Shown piece after piece: positions 10,268 through 22,929 of a stretch of 64,000 nucleotides of DNA. A program made the translations under genes and the position numbers. The stretch is from Octopus vulgaris (Eukaryota). The notes beneath the pieces are model-generated. The model was given only the letters and a program-made list of their open reading frames with translations. It did not search any database and had not been told where the DNA came from. The number at the start of each line of letters is the position of its first letter. Positions within the stretch are counted from its first letter, which is position 1. The DNA is taken from contig OX597822.1 of NCBI GenBank assembly GCA_951406725.2, positions 15,996,001 to 16,060,000 on the forward strand, written 5' to 3'.

Positions 10268-13200
10268 TGTGAGCAGGGTGTTGTTGGACTCCCTGTGGGA
10301 TGGAAAAATAAGACCCAACAAAAGGCGGATGAACTCCTGAATAGTCAACGGCCATCCAACAAAATACCGGCCTGCCCGCCCAGCCAGTGGGATGGCGTCA
10401 TCTTATGGCTAAAACAGCTCGAAAAACGAAGAGAAAAGGAACGTCAATCGGGCCACTCGATGACGGCGGAGTGCAACTCGAGCGACGAGAGGCTGCTAAG
10501 AATCACAGGTTCCCGAGGGCCGTCATGGAACGGGACTAAACTTGCCATATGCACCTACAACTGCAGGTCCTTGGCAGGGTGGCAAGAACTGAACCACCTA
10601 ATGGAGGAGAGGAAGAAGATCAAGTGCGACGTGTTAGGGCTGTGCGAGACATGCTGGAAGAAGAAACCGAGTATACGATGGCAAGATGGATGCACTGTGA
10701 GATTAGGGAGAGCAGAAGGTGCTAGATCGGTCGGAGGTATCGGATTCATCGTAAGTAAGGAATGGGCTTCGAGGGTCGATTCTTGCCAGTTCATATCATC
10801 ACGGATTGGTGTACTAAATGTGAACCTCTCAGGGAAGGCCACCCTCAAGATTGTCCAGACCTATGCTCCCACAAGAGCCAGCGACGACGACGAGGTGGAA
10901 GAATTCTATCGACAGCTAGACAAAGGGCTGGCTATGAAGTCCACTTACACTGTCGTGATGGGAGACTTCAAGGTAAAGGTTGGACATGGACGACAAGGAA
11001 AGGAGTACGTCGGGAGATTCGGCATGGGAGAGAGAAAAGAGAGAGGAGAACGTTTGGCTACCATGGCAGAGGCCTATTCAGGAAGAAGGAGAGGAAGAGA
11101 TGGACCTGGATATCGCCGAACTCTAAGCACTGAAGCGAGATCGACTACATCCTGGTTGATAAGCGACGCATATTACATGACGTCCCCGTCGTGACGCCAT
11201 TCAACACCGGCAGCGATCATCGTCTGGTGAGGGCGAGGGTCGTCATCGACGGGAAGAGGGAGAAGATGGCGCTGTATTTTGCGTCGAAGGGAAAACGTGT
11301 CCGAGTCTACAACGAGGCAAAGCTGCAGGAAGCCATCATGCAGACTGGTACCAAGGAGATTACATAGACGATGACTACAACTCACTGATAGGAAAACTGA
11401 AGGAGAGTTTAAAGAAGGCTAAGGGAGTATGCCCAAGAGAAAAGAAGGGAAGAATCTCGAAAGAAACTACGAAGTTACTCGAGGAGAGGAAAAATATGAA
11501 GAGGACTATTGATCATCACCTTGAATATTCCATTCTCAGCAGATTGATTCGTCAGCAACTACAGAAAGACTTTGAGGCATACCGGATGGAGAAGCTCTTG
11601 AAGGCCGCAGAGGAAAAGAAGACCCTCAAGAAATGCAAGAGGGACAGGGTACTATATAGATCGGAAGTGACGGCCCTGAAAAATACAGATGGAATACTGG
11701 TCAACGTGAAGAGCGAGATGAAAAAAGTTTGCGAAGACTTCTACACCAAGCTCTTTAAGTCTACCAGAAATGTCCAGCCGTTACAGGAATAAAACGTGCC
11801 ACCTATCCTTGTCAGTGATGTTGAAAGAGCCATCGGCTCGATGAAAAACGGAAAGGCTCCAGGGATAGACGGTATAACATCGGATGTGCAAAAGTCAGGC
11901 AGAGAGCAGCTCTGGAAAATCCTCGCTGAGCAATTTACGCACTACCTAGACGAGGGAAGGATTCCCTCGTAGTGGAAAAGTCAAATACCATCCCGCTGTA
12001 TAAGAAGGGCGACAGAGAAGATCTATAGAACTACCGACCCATATGCCTGCTGTCTCACGTGTCTCACGAAGATAATTCTGAACAGGTTATCACGTCGTCT
12101 CGACGAACAACAACTGAAGGAACAAGCAGCCTTCCGGAAGAACTACAGCACGATGGACCATATATTTACTCTAACGCAACTGCTTGAGCGAGCAAATGAG
12201 TACAAGCTGCCTATTTGCGTTGCGTTTATAAATTATGAGAAGGTCTTTGATAGCGTCGAAACCAACGCAGTGCTGAACTTGCTGCAGAGGCAAGGAGTCG
12301 AAGCGCAATATGTGCAGCTGCTCAGAGGGGCAAATTCCGGATGCACCACCGACATAGCTCTACTGTCATCACCCATACGAGTGCCGGTCGAGAAGGGAGT
12401 GAAGCAAGTAGATACAATCTCCCCAAAACTTTTCACTGCATGTCTCGAACAGATCATCAGATGCATCGACTGGCAAGGTGGTGTCAACATCAATGGCGAG
12501 CTCCTCACCCACCTCCGTTTCGCTGACGACATCGTATTCATCGCTGAAAACACGGATCAGCTTCAGACCATGCTGACGGAGCTCGACATCAAAAGCTCTG
12601 CAGTAGGTCTCAAGATGAACCGCATGAAAACAAAGTTCATGCGGTCAGACAACGTACTAACAGGTTGAATCGTGATCGGCAGTGATGAAATAGAGGAGGT
12701 AAGGGAATATGTCTACCTGGGACAGGAAGTGAATATGTACCGAGATATCGAGAAGGAGATCTCACGGAGAGTAAGGGCCGGGTGGAAGGCGTTTAATGGC
12801 ATAAGGGATGTGCTCAAGGGAAGGTTGGACAGGACCACCCGCGCCAACCGCATTAACAGCGCAGTTCTGCTTGCAATGTTATATGGTAGTGAAACATGGG
12901 CTACCACAAAGAGAGAAGAGCAAAGACTGGTAACGGCTCAAAGAGCCATGGAAAGGTCAATGCTTGGTATCTCGTTGAGAGAGCACATAAGTAGCGAGAT
13001 CATCAGAAAGAAGTCCAGCGTGAGAGATGTCATCGCAGAGTATACACGCAGCAAGTATAGATGGGCGGGACACGTCGCCCGGCTCACCGATAATCAGTGG
13101 ACGCACGCAGTTGTCAAGTGGTACCCGCGCGAGCGGGAAAGACCACCCGGAAGACCTCCACGACGGTGGTTACGATTTCAGGAGGACGATTCGGATCACG

Positions 13201-13299
13201 TGGATGAGAAAGGCGCGATCCAGAGAGGAGTGGACAGCGTGCTGTGACCAGCGGTGTCAAATGGACGCCTGACGGACTGGTCGGTCAAGGTGATCAAGA

Positions 13300-13303
<4 letters not shown>
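10268..13303 (+). mobile_element. RTE-clade LINE, near full length, degraded (APE endonuclease plus RT)
   Basis: APE motifs (ICTYNCRSL, DVLGLCET, GGIGF, QTYAPT, VMGDF), RT motifs (GVKQVDTISPKLF, LRFADD at ~12519-12530), YVYLG, LYGSETW and RWAGHVAR. Several frameshifts and stops. Ends GGTGATCAAGATGAT, then (TA)n. Confidence 0.95.
10459..13247 (+). pseudogene. Disrupted RTE polyprotein (endonuclease-reverse transcriptase)
   Basis: ORF pieces 10229-11194, 11496-11792, 12153-12668 and 12672-13247 are colinear parts of a single RTE ORF. Confidence 0.92.
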
Positions 13304-13357
<54 letters not shown>

Positions 13358-13362
<5 letters not shown>

Positions 13363-13649
13363 CAAAGTGAGCAACAAGAATATCTTCGGTAATTTGGTAC
13401 GATCGTTTCACGCTACAACATTTTATTAAACATTTTATCAAACATTGCTCAACATTTTAAAACTGATGTAATACTTACAATGTTTAATAAAATGATGTAG
13501 CGTGAAACGATCGTACCAAATTACCGAAGATATTCTTGTTGCTTACTTTGATTATAATCACCCCATGGATTTATATGGATAACACCGTAGAAATTCTGGT
13601 GCAACTAACTTAAGTACCATATTAATTTGAATCTAAATTTTGCTGAACT

Positions 13650-13650
<1 letters not shown>
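13358..13650. mobile_element. Short fold-back element of the GAAACGATCGTA family, between (TA)n runs
   Basis: Arms ~13360-13435 and ~13479-13555 are near-perfect reverse complements, followed by the tail ...TATGGATAA...TTCTGGTGC..AACTTAAGTACCATATT shared with 34600-34676 and 40740-40820. Confidence 0.75.
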
Positions 13651-13680
<30 letters not shown>

Positions 13681-13699
13681 GTATGCACACATTACCAGG

Positions 13700-13990
13700 A
13701 AGTTGCGATGCCTAGTAGTTAGGTTATTGTACTCATGATCCCTATATGATAGTTTTGATTCCAGGACCGGGCTGTATGTTGTGTTCTTGAGCCAAGCACT
13801 TCATTCCGCGTGGACCCAGTCTTCTCACATGTAAATAGGTGACCCATAGTAGAATAGCCTTCCCCCTAGAATATTGGCCTGGTCTCCCTGCCAGCAGGAT
13901 AGCGTCATTTGAAATCTAAATCAATGGGAAACGAATTGTGATTACCGTTGTATAACAAAATCGAATGATCTGGTTAATGCCTTGATACTG
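13700..13990 (+). mobile_element. Degraded tRNA-headed SINE with CORE-like middle and RTE-derived bipartite tail
   Basis: Degenerate A/B boxes; GTTGTGTTCTTGAGCCAAGCACTT middle; GGCCTG...GCCAGCAGGATAGCGTCATTTGAA matches 10369-10416 and 46854-46901. Confidence 0.6.
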
Positions 13991-14667
13991 TAATATGAAT
14001 ACAAAGAGCCACACATTATTTCTAAGTCCGAGTTTATATTTTAACCGTTGCTGAATTAGTTACATTCATCAAAATTCACATATAAACACGTTATTATTAC
14101 ACGATACTTCGGTGGAAATTATAATATTTTGTTTTCTGGTTTTTGTTCTGCGCCTGAGATTTCATGTGCTAAATCAATGTAGAACATGTTATAATAAAGA
14201 ATAAAAGAAAGTAGTAAGGTTATGAATGTTTGGTTTTACCAACACTTTCGAAAGTGTTTCTGAGTTCTCAAAGTGTTAATGACACTTTCAGCATTTTGAG
14301 CAAGAAAATTTGTGAAAATTGTACGCACCTCGGGAAATAATACGTTGGATGGTGAAGGGGGACGGGTAGAATGGAGGGGTAAGACAGGAAAATAAAGTTT
14401 GAGTAAACAATTTAAGTCTGAAAAGTATTAAATAACCACTAATTGCTTAGTGAGACATGGAGTAACTAACGTTAAATCGATAATACAAACACAAATACAC
14501 ACGCACACACACACATATAAATTATGTGTGCAGTATATATATTTATATGTGAATGTGTGTGTATGCACACATATATATGTATTTATATATATATACATAT
14601 GTGTGTGCGAGTGAATGTATATATATAAGACAAGTGTATATGCATGTGTATATAGTGTGTATATGTG

Positions 14668-14706
<39 letters not shown>

Positions 14707-14849
14707 GTATATATGAATGGGGATGTATGCATCTATGTATATATACATGTATCAGTACTTTTATGGGTCTCTGAAATTCCTGTTCAGAAACCACCGATGT
14801 CAACTTTCGTGTCATTATTTATTTATTTGTAGGTTGGTATGAATAATTA

Positions 14850-15110
14850 AGAATCCAGTAAAGGAAATTGTTGAAAGTGTTTGGACATCGGACGCTTTAT
14901 CTGTCTTGTACCTCTTGCTGCTCTTAGTATCCTGAGTGCAAAGCATAGGGCGATGCGATACAAAGAATAAGGTGAAGCGGCATTGTCTTTCTTGTGAAAA
15001 TCGCCGATGTTGTTGAAAAGGGAGTCTTCGATATTTAAGGAACTGCAATTCTCCCACCAAACACCATGCACAGTATATACCTTGGAGAAAATTATCCATG
15101 TGCAGAATCT
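14850..15110 (-). pseudogene. Possible highly degraded mariner-type transposase remnant
   Basis: Translation contains ...GVWWE... and ...FHKKDNAASPY..., resembling the mariner motifs CVWWD and FHHDNARPH. Spacing is shortened and no TIRs were seen. Confidence 0.35.
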
Positions 15111-15137
15111 CATTCTGTGTTTTCTGAGGCATTCTGT

Positions 15138-15720
15138 AGAGTCATCAGATCTGATATAATGATTTGGGATAGAGAAGAGAAACTGTGCTCCGTTGTGGAA
15201 ATTAGATGCCCAGCGGATGTTAACATAAAACTGAAGATCAGTAAAACAGAGACAACCTATGCTGAACTATTGAAAAATCTGAAATTACTCTATCCAGATG
15301 ACAAGTTCGGATTTACATCTGTAATCATTGGGCCCCTGGGCTATGTAACACTCTGCCTAAATACCAACCTTGAGAAAGCAGGATTCTCAAAACAAGAAAG
15401 GAGAAAGCTAATTCGAAGACTACAGGTCCAGTCCATCACTGGAACTATAAAAATCTGTAAAACTTTCCTGAAGTTTATCATTTAAGTATATAGGAGCATG
15501 TCTAGATATGCAACTATATACATGAGAATACATACATAAAACATACGAATCTGTACATGCATACATACATACATACATACATACATACATACATACATAC
15601 ATACATACATACATACATGCATACATACAAACAAACAAAAATACTCTGTTGTTTATGCTGAAATTCCAATGAAGGAGCCTTGGATCTAGGTTAGATAGCG
15701 AAATCTTGAAATAAACTGAA
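15138..15720 (+). mobile_element. 3' fragment of a restriction-like-endonuclease non-LTR retrotransposon (R4/Dong or NeSL type)
   Basis: RSDIMIWDREEKLCSVVEIRCPAD...K...YAEL...VIIGPLG...ITGTIKICKTFLKF is a PD-(D/E)xK RLE C-terminus. The 3' UTR carries (TACA)n. Confidence 0.85.
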
Positions 15721-15754
15721 TAATCACACACTCACCCCCCACACATACATATAG

Positions 15755-17400
15755 TTCAAATTTACAGTAAACAAATGACGAAGACAGGTGTAAGACGAAC
15801 AATCAGGTGTATTAGATTAATACTCGGGAAAATGGACAAGTCTTTTACGTTTTGAGCCTAGGATCTTCGACAGAAATGGTTAAGAGGAAAGAAAAGAGAG
15901 AGAGAATGAAATAACGGAGTGAGAAAAGATGGGCAGAGTTCAGCAGTCCAACATGGTGAGATGACTGGAAAGAGAGGCTGAATGAAAGGGAGATAATAAT
16001 AATCGTAATAACCGTAACAGTGATACCAAACGTCTAAGGTGCGCAGTGGTTTTTGTATATGTGAGAAAGGTGTGTGTTAATGTGTATGTGTGAATATGTA
16101 TGTGTGGGCGAGTATGTGCGTGTGTGTGCGTATGGACGTGTCTATGTCCGTAAGTATGCTTATGGCTGTGGGTTTATGTGCGGAGGTAACGTGTGTGGGT
16201 AGCAGTTGATGTGTGTTTGTTTAGGGGATGTGTGCACATGTGTATGTGTGTGTGTCCTGATAATGTACATGTGTATAGTGTATGTATTAAGGGTGAAGGT
16301 TATCTGTATCTATGCGTGTTGCATGTGTGTCTGTGTTCTAGTATTATGTTCTTGTGTGGGTGTGAGAGTGCGCATGATAGTGTGGTGTGTGTGTTGAGTT
16401 AAACAGTGTGTGTGGATGCTCATATAGTGATATGTGTGGTGACGCTATTGAAGATTGTGCGTGTAGTCGTGTAGATAATAGTGCGTGGTGTGGGTGCTGA
16501 GAAATGTTCGGTGCTTGTGTGTGTAGAGTGGGAATGGTGTTTGTGAGTGTATTTGATGGTGTGTGAAGTGAGTAATAAGTTGAAGATTGTGTATGGGTGT
16601 TTGTACAGTGACGTATATGTGGTGAGGGTACCGAGGTAGGTGGTATGCAGGTATTTAGGTAGAAGGTCAGTTGCATGTGAGAGATGTGTGGAAATCCGTG
16701 TGGGGTTGGTGTCAGATGAAGAGAGGTAGTGAGTTGAGCCCATATGGCACAAAAGAACGAGGAGAGAAGATTAATTGATGTTCAGAGCGAAGGCGGGAGT
16801 CTGGATGACTCTGTGCAGAGAAAGTCAAAACACAGACATGTTGTAGCAGATGACCGGTAGAGCGGAACTGACGCAAGACTGGGGCGTCATTACCGAGTCT
16901 GATGTCTCGGAGATGCTCCACGAACCGCTCAGCCAAGCGGCGTCCCGTTTGACTAATGTACAAGGAAGAACAGAGAGTAGGAGTTGGTGTAAATAACATT
17001 AATAGAGATGCAGGTAAAGGGGTCGTTGACGTGATAAGGACGGTGATGGTGTGTGGGAGGGTTAGAGTAATGGAAGGGTGGAAGTCAGGATGAGGTGAGA
17101 GTGGATCGGGGAGAGAGGGGGAGGGGTGAGTGTAGTGGCATCGGCTGGGATTGGATGAAAGATGGAGGAGTGAGTTTATTTTGCTTAGTGCGAGCGGGAA
17201 AGTCGTGGAGAACTTGGCTTAGTTGGAGGATAAAGCATGAGGTGGAATATGAACAGCAGGAAAAAAGGTAGAATAAGAGAGAAAAAGAAGTCGGTGGAGG
17301 GTGTGTATTTTAGAGTGATTGGAACGAATGGTAACAGGAAATTGGTGCGGAGTATGGGTAAGATGGCAGAGGCAGAATGGAAGGTAAGGTGAGATAAAGA
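15755..17400 (-). mobile_element. Penelope-like element remnant (GIY-YIG region, CA-rich spacer, terminal repeat with degenerate hammerhead)
   Basis: ORF 16712-16999: CSSLYISQTGRRLAERFVEHLRDIR...RLRSEHQLIF...PYGLN is a PLE GIY-YIG endonuclease. The terminal segment 15765-15880 is homologous to 2480-2590. Confidence 0.8.
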
Positions 17401-18653
17401 GATCAAGACAAATACTTGCTCATAAATTAGTTACTCCTAGTTTAATACCTTAATTTTTAATTAAACGCATTCATCAGAAAATATAATCAATGAGCTTCAT
17501 TCTTATATGATACCACAAAATGAAAGAAGAAAAATCGCTCTTCAGAGTAAAACTAAGAAACAAAATTGATTTTCTAGCAGAAAACATAACAACGAAGAAA
17601 ACAAAATTGACAATATTATAAATACTAGTTTGGTTTCACTGATACATCCAAAGTATTCATAATCATTTTTAAAATGCTAATAATGCCTTGCGCTTCCTAT
17701 AAAATAGACAATTTGTGATTATTTTTTTACATATCTACAACTCCCACGCTGGACAATAAAGAGAGAAAAACATCACATTGTCGTTAGATTCAAAATATCA
17801 CATTGAGTAAACATTGTTCCCGTCTAATGAATGCCTAATTAATCTCTAATTAAGCCACCTAACTTGAAGTAAATAAGAAATAATCATCAGTCTATGTTAA
17901 TATATGCGTGTGTCTACGTGTGTTCCTGTGTACCTGCAGGCGTGTGTGCATTTACACACGGGTCTGTGTACGCAATGTCTAAACAGCAACTGACACAGTT
18001 GAAATTCGATATATAAGTCTCTGGTTGATGTAGTCAAACTTCAGCAAAGACTCAGATTGTGTAATGTTGCACTGTTATTCTAACATATCACATTGGTAAA
18101 ACCAAATATTTATAGACAGGCATGGAGGTGACACGTTTTGCTACATTTCTTGTACGACTTGGACATGCAAACGCTTTGCAGCTCCACATTTACTCATCGC
18201 AGACGATAATAAGAGTTTAAAAGAAATTCAACATTATCAGAATTTGAAGTTACAGAAATAGGAATAGCCAGAATATGTTACATGAATATAAAGATAATAA
18301 TTATGATAAATTGAAACTTGGAAACGATTGAGGAAGAGTACAGACCAACACAAAATTATAATCCGGACTTACAAATATGCACAGCAATAAATCGATAAGA
18401 TAATGTAGAAAATAACAGAAAATATAAACCGAAATATAATCCCGCATATGGCTAAAATAGACGGAAATACTCTCTTCCATGCAGTGAAAAGACACAACAA
18501 TGATATGTAAAACGAACAAATTTCTCAGAAACTGCGAAGATACTCAGAACGAAAAACGCATGTTTTCCAGAAAGGTAAGTGAAAGCAAAATGTGTTAAGG
18601 TATTAAAGAAAGAATATGAAATTAAAGTAATCCATAATATAGTCATCATGCAT

Positions 18654-19432
18654 ATATAGTAATAATAACAATAATCCTTGGATGGAATTTATAAACATTT
18701 AATGAATCGCTACGCGCCTTTCCACAAATAATATGTCTCTTGAGATCACAGTACACATTCCTGACATGATTACGATGTAGGACGTAGTATCCGTGGGCAT
18801 TGGGTTGATCATCTTCGTAGATTGATTTCTTCACACTAAATCAACCCCTATTTAGGATGCTATACACTTTACCACCACAAAGAATTAAAAGGTCACAATG
18901 AAAAAGTATGATTTATCAAGTCAGACAATGAACCCCAACAGCCGACATTGATAGTGCCTGTACCGGCTGACCTGTTTAATTCAGAATTAATTGTCGATAG
19001 TTATGCCTGTGATGAAATCGAACAAAGGAATGTCCCATCCATTCTTGACAACTGATGACTGAATAGCAAAATAAGTCGTCCAACATCACCACACCTCCAT
19101 CCCCATATAACTACCATTCATTCCTCCCTTTCTCTTACATTCCCCTCTTCCCAAACAAATATACACAGAAATACCCACTCAACAAACCCTCGCACTGGTC
19201 AAAAGGGATAAACAAACCTCAGTTAAACATCTACTAATGTTATATCGCCTGAAGAAATGAATCCAAGAAGATGATCTACCCAATACCCATGGATACTACA
19301 AACTACACTGCAACTATCCCAAGAATATAGAATGTGATCTTAAGAGACATGTGATTTGTGTAAACGAGCGTAGCGAAGCATTAAATGTTTATAAATTCCA
19401 TACAAGCATTATTATTATTATTACTATATTAT
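18654..19432. mobile_element. Diverged inverted-repeat element (arms ~18654-18833 and ~19250-19432) with a long-stem-II hammerhead-like core
   Basis: GGAATTTATAAACATTTAATG (~18684) and CATTAAATGTTTATAAATTCC (~19379) are near reverse complements. TCGC-CTGAAGA at 19245-19255 and a degenerate .AAACGAGCGTA-GCGA at 19361-19376. Confidence 0.65.
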
Positions 19433-19631
19433 AGGCACAAGGATTGTGCCTATAAGAGAAAACGTTATTATTGCTATATTTATCGTACATTATATCGGTA
19501 CAGCTCGATGTAATGCCCAAAACTGTTCCACCTGTCAGCATCGATAGACTGTGGCCGGCATAACCGAATAGAAGCCTTATTTGCATATTTGAAACGATTC
19601 CCGTAAACACATTTAAAAGATACATAGAAAT

Positions 19632-19687
<56 letters not shown>

Positions 19688-20060
19688 TACAAATAAAGGT
19701 TAAAACCTCATTCAGGGATACTAAAATCCTATGAAAGTACTGGTTAGTTACTTATACAAAGAATGTTGAACATTACAGTTAATACTCACTGCAAGGTAAC
19801 TATATAAAGCGAGGTTAATATATATTTATTTATTATAAGATAAGAAAATAGAGAGATAATTAATAAATTATTTTACATAAGATTTCCGAAAGTTTGTTTG
19901 TTTGTATTTTTGAAATTAGCTATTTCATCTTTAAATATGAAAAATTAATTTATTAGGTTTTTATTATTTGTGCATATATAATTATTTATAGAGATTATTT
20001 TAGATCTTAATTATAATATTTATATACATTTATATATTTTCATTGATAATTTATATATAA

Positions 20061-20450
20061 CTAGCAGTATCGCCCGGCGTTGCTCGGGTTTGTAAGGGAA
20101 ATAACTATATATGCATTTTTAGAGAGTTATAGCCTAAAAATAGCAAAAAAATGCATTAAAAATGGAAAACAAATGATGGTAATTTTTTTAAAATCGTTGA
20201 CTCATCGTAGACATTTTTAAAGAGTTACTTCCCTTATATAATAGCGAAAAAATGCATTAAAATGGAAAAAATGATGGTAATTTTCTTTTAAAATCGTAGA
20301 CTCATCGTAGACGCGCGCTAATACCCAGAAGGGCTCGATATGAATCACGACTATAAGATACCCGGTTTTGGATAAACTGCACTGCAAAATGTGGGAGTAG
20401 TTAGGAATCTAAATCGTAAGAGACAGACACACAACTTCTCTTTTATATAT
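20061..20450 (-). mobile_element. Short non-autonomous Helitron
   Basis: Minus strand ends CCCGAGCAACGCCGGGCGATACTGCTAG|T, the same hairpin and CTAG as 8219-8246. Its 5' ~230 bp is highly similar to 7403-7630. Confidence 0.88.
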
Positions 20451-20912
20451 TTAAATATTTTTGTAATTAGATATAGACTATTACCGATATTAGATTATTG
20501 GTGGGTTTCCTACCTTATAAATTAAAATTGATATTTAACATTATAATCGATTTTGATATAATCATAATTGTTAAGTTTTAAGTTTCTAGTTTGATAATAG
20601 AGTTTATTATAAGTAAAATTATGATATTATTTATATTTTAAAAATATTGTTTAAGTATTTCTGATTATTTTAAAAATATTTCAATTAAGATTGACTGTAA
20701 CCATAACTCGAATTATTAATTGAATTTAAATTATTGTTATTCGAATTGGTACAGCCATGAAACGATCGTAGTGTTTTACTCTTTATCTTTTATTAAACTT
20801 TTCATACTTTTGATATTTAAGAAATAAATATATAAATAAATGAATAAATAAATTAATTAATTAATAAAATAATATATAAATATAAAAATATACATACATA
20901 TATATATATAGT

Positions 20913-20965
<53 letters not shown>

Positions 20966-21181
20966 TATTATAAAAATAATTTTTTTATTTTTAACTTGTA
21001 TATTTTTATATTTTTAAATTAATATTATGTATTGGCTTATGCTTTTCACTGTTTGATTTGCCTTATAGTGGTTTTATCTCTAATTTAATATAACATAATA
21101 TAATATATTTATACTATAAAATTGGATTTAATCCTTAAACTAATTTTTCCCTGTAAGTTTGGATTTATTCCCTAATATTAT

Positions 21182-21234
<53 letters not shown>

Positions 21235-21317
21235 ATATTCATATATATATACACACATATATATGTGTATATAGATATATTTATGTATGTAATATATATA
21301 ATGATATATATATATAT

Positions 21318-22105
21318 AGCATAATTAAATCTCAGAATGTGATTGAAACAGTAATTGCTCGATAATGTAAAGTATAGAAGCCATCTATATATAGATATAA
21401 GTTTTTCTAATGGCGTCTGCCACTGATGTCGAAAAACGAACAGTAAGCATAATTAAATCTCGGAATGAGATTGAAACAGTAATCGCTCGAAAATGTAAAG
21501 TATAGAAGCCATCTTATCATGGCTAACCACATTGGGGAGGGGGTGTTACTGTAGCTTTATAGCCCCAAGAGATCTTCGTCTCTAGCTGGCTTTAGACACA
21601 ATATCTGTGTCCTTGGAGTATTTGCAAAGGGAGGCTATCCCTTCCTCGCAAGCCCGAATGATACGCTCGAACTAGTTTCGTCCCTCGTCAACGGGCGGTA
21701 ACAACCAGGTAGCGATGAAAGAGAAGGCTCCTTTGCAAATAGATATAAGTTATCGAGCGATTACTCTTTCAATCTCATTCTGAGATTTAATTATGCTTAC
21801 TGTTCGTTTTTCGACATTAGTGACAGATGCCATTAGAAAAACTTATATCTATTTGCAAAGGAGCCTTCTCTTTCATCGCTACCTGGTGGTTACCGCCCGT
21901 TGACGAGGGACAAAAATCCTGAAACTAGTTCGAGCGTATCACTCAGGCTTGCGAGGAAGGGATGGCCTCCCTTTGCAAATACTCCAAGGACACAGATATT
22001 GTGTCTAAAGCCAGCTAGAGACGAAGATCTCTAGGGGCTATAAAGCTACAGTAACACCCCCTCCCCAATGTGGTTAGCCATGATAAGATGGCTTCTATAC
22101 TTTAC

Positions 22106-22108
<3 letters not shown>
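21318..22108. mobile_element. ORF-less ~350-bp unit in tandem and inverted, permuted arrangement inside (TA)n, with a hammerhead-like motif (retrozyme-like or PLE-derived)
   Basis: Plus strand: partial A-B (21318-21386), A (21391-21490), B (21492-21740) and the start of A again; then rc(A) 21752-21851 and rc(B) 21851-22108. Confidence 0.8.
21894..21936 (+). ncRNA. Variant type I hammerhead-like motif
   Basis: CGCCCG-TTGACGA-GGGA caaaaa TCCT-GAAAC TA GTT-CGAGCG, with C3 replaced by U and a palindromic AACTAGTT stem III. The mirror copy at ~21664-21698 (-) has a deleted stem II. Confidence 0.5.
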
Positions 22109-22142
<34 letters not shown>

Positions 22143-22929
22143 TATGTGTGTGTGTGCATGTATACTGGAACCAAATTCAAAGTGATATAACATACGTTGT
22201 GACATTTACCACAAAGTGTCTAGATGCCTCACACAGATCGCAGGCGAATGTACCAGATGTGAGCGCGTGTGACTTACTTTTGTTGAGAGATATGCAAATG
22301 AGATGAATGCTCTAGCTGCAAGAAAGCGTGTATTGTTTAAACATGCTATTTGTTACAAAAGTGTAGAACACTACGGAAATAGTTTGCTTCTTCAGGACAT
22401 TCAAATGCAACGCCGGTACAATGCTGAGGTGTGGGACATAATTATGAAAAACAACGGATTTATATCACATACACTGTTTGGTATGGCTTGCCTAAATATG
22501 AGTAACGTTTCCGTGAATAATATTAACAATGACTTCCCACATTTGAAACCTGGAGGATGATGTAGCGAGAATACAGAATAAGGAACAATTCATACAGAGG
22601 AATTGGGAACCGTGAGGGGAAAATTCATTCCAAGTAGTAATACTCGTATAATATGTGCTTTGAAGCCAAAGGTTTTACATAAAGATCCAGAATGTAATAT
22701 TCCTGGAAAGTATCCATACTCCGCACAAAGTATAATGGTAGAGGGAAAAACTTTTATAGCCTCCCAAGCACTGCCTACAGTTGCTAGTATTGTACTCGTA
22801 ATTGCATTAACAACCACCGAAGAAGCGGAAAAGTCTCATGGGGTTGATAAATTCTCAAATACCTTATCTGAAGCGCCTGAGCTCCAATAAATGTTAAAAT
22901 TTGGGAACAGCATTTGGCTCGCTCTAAAT

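Noticed and set aside
22303-22890. Two consecutive non-repetitive plus-strand ORFs (85 and 95 aa)
   Set aside because: No recognisable motifs or convincing splice signals. They may be decayed upstream sequence of the adjacent RLE-LINE remnant.
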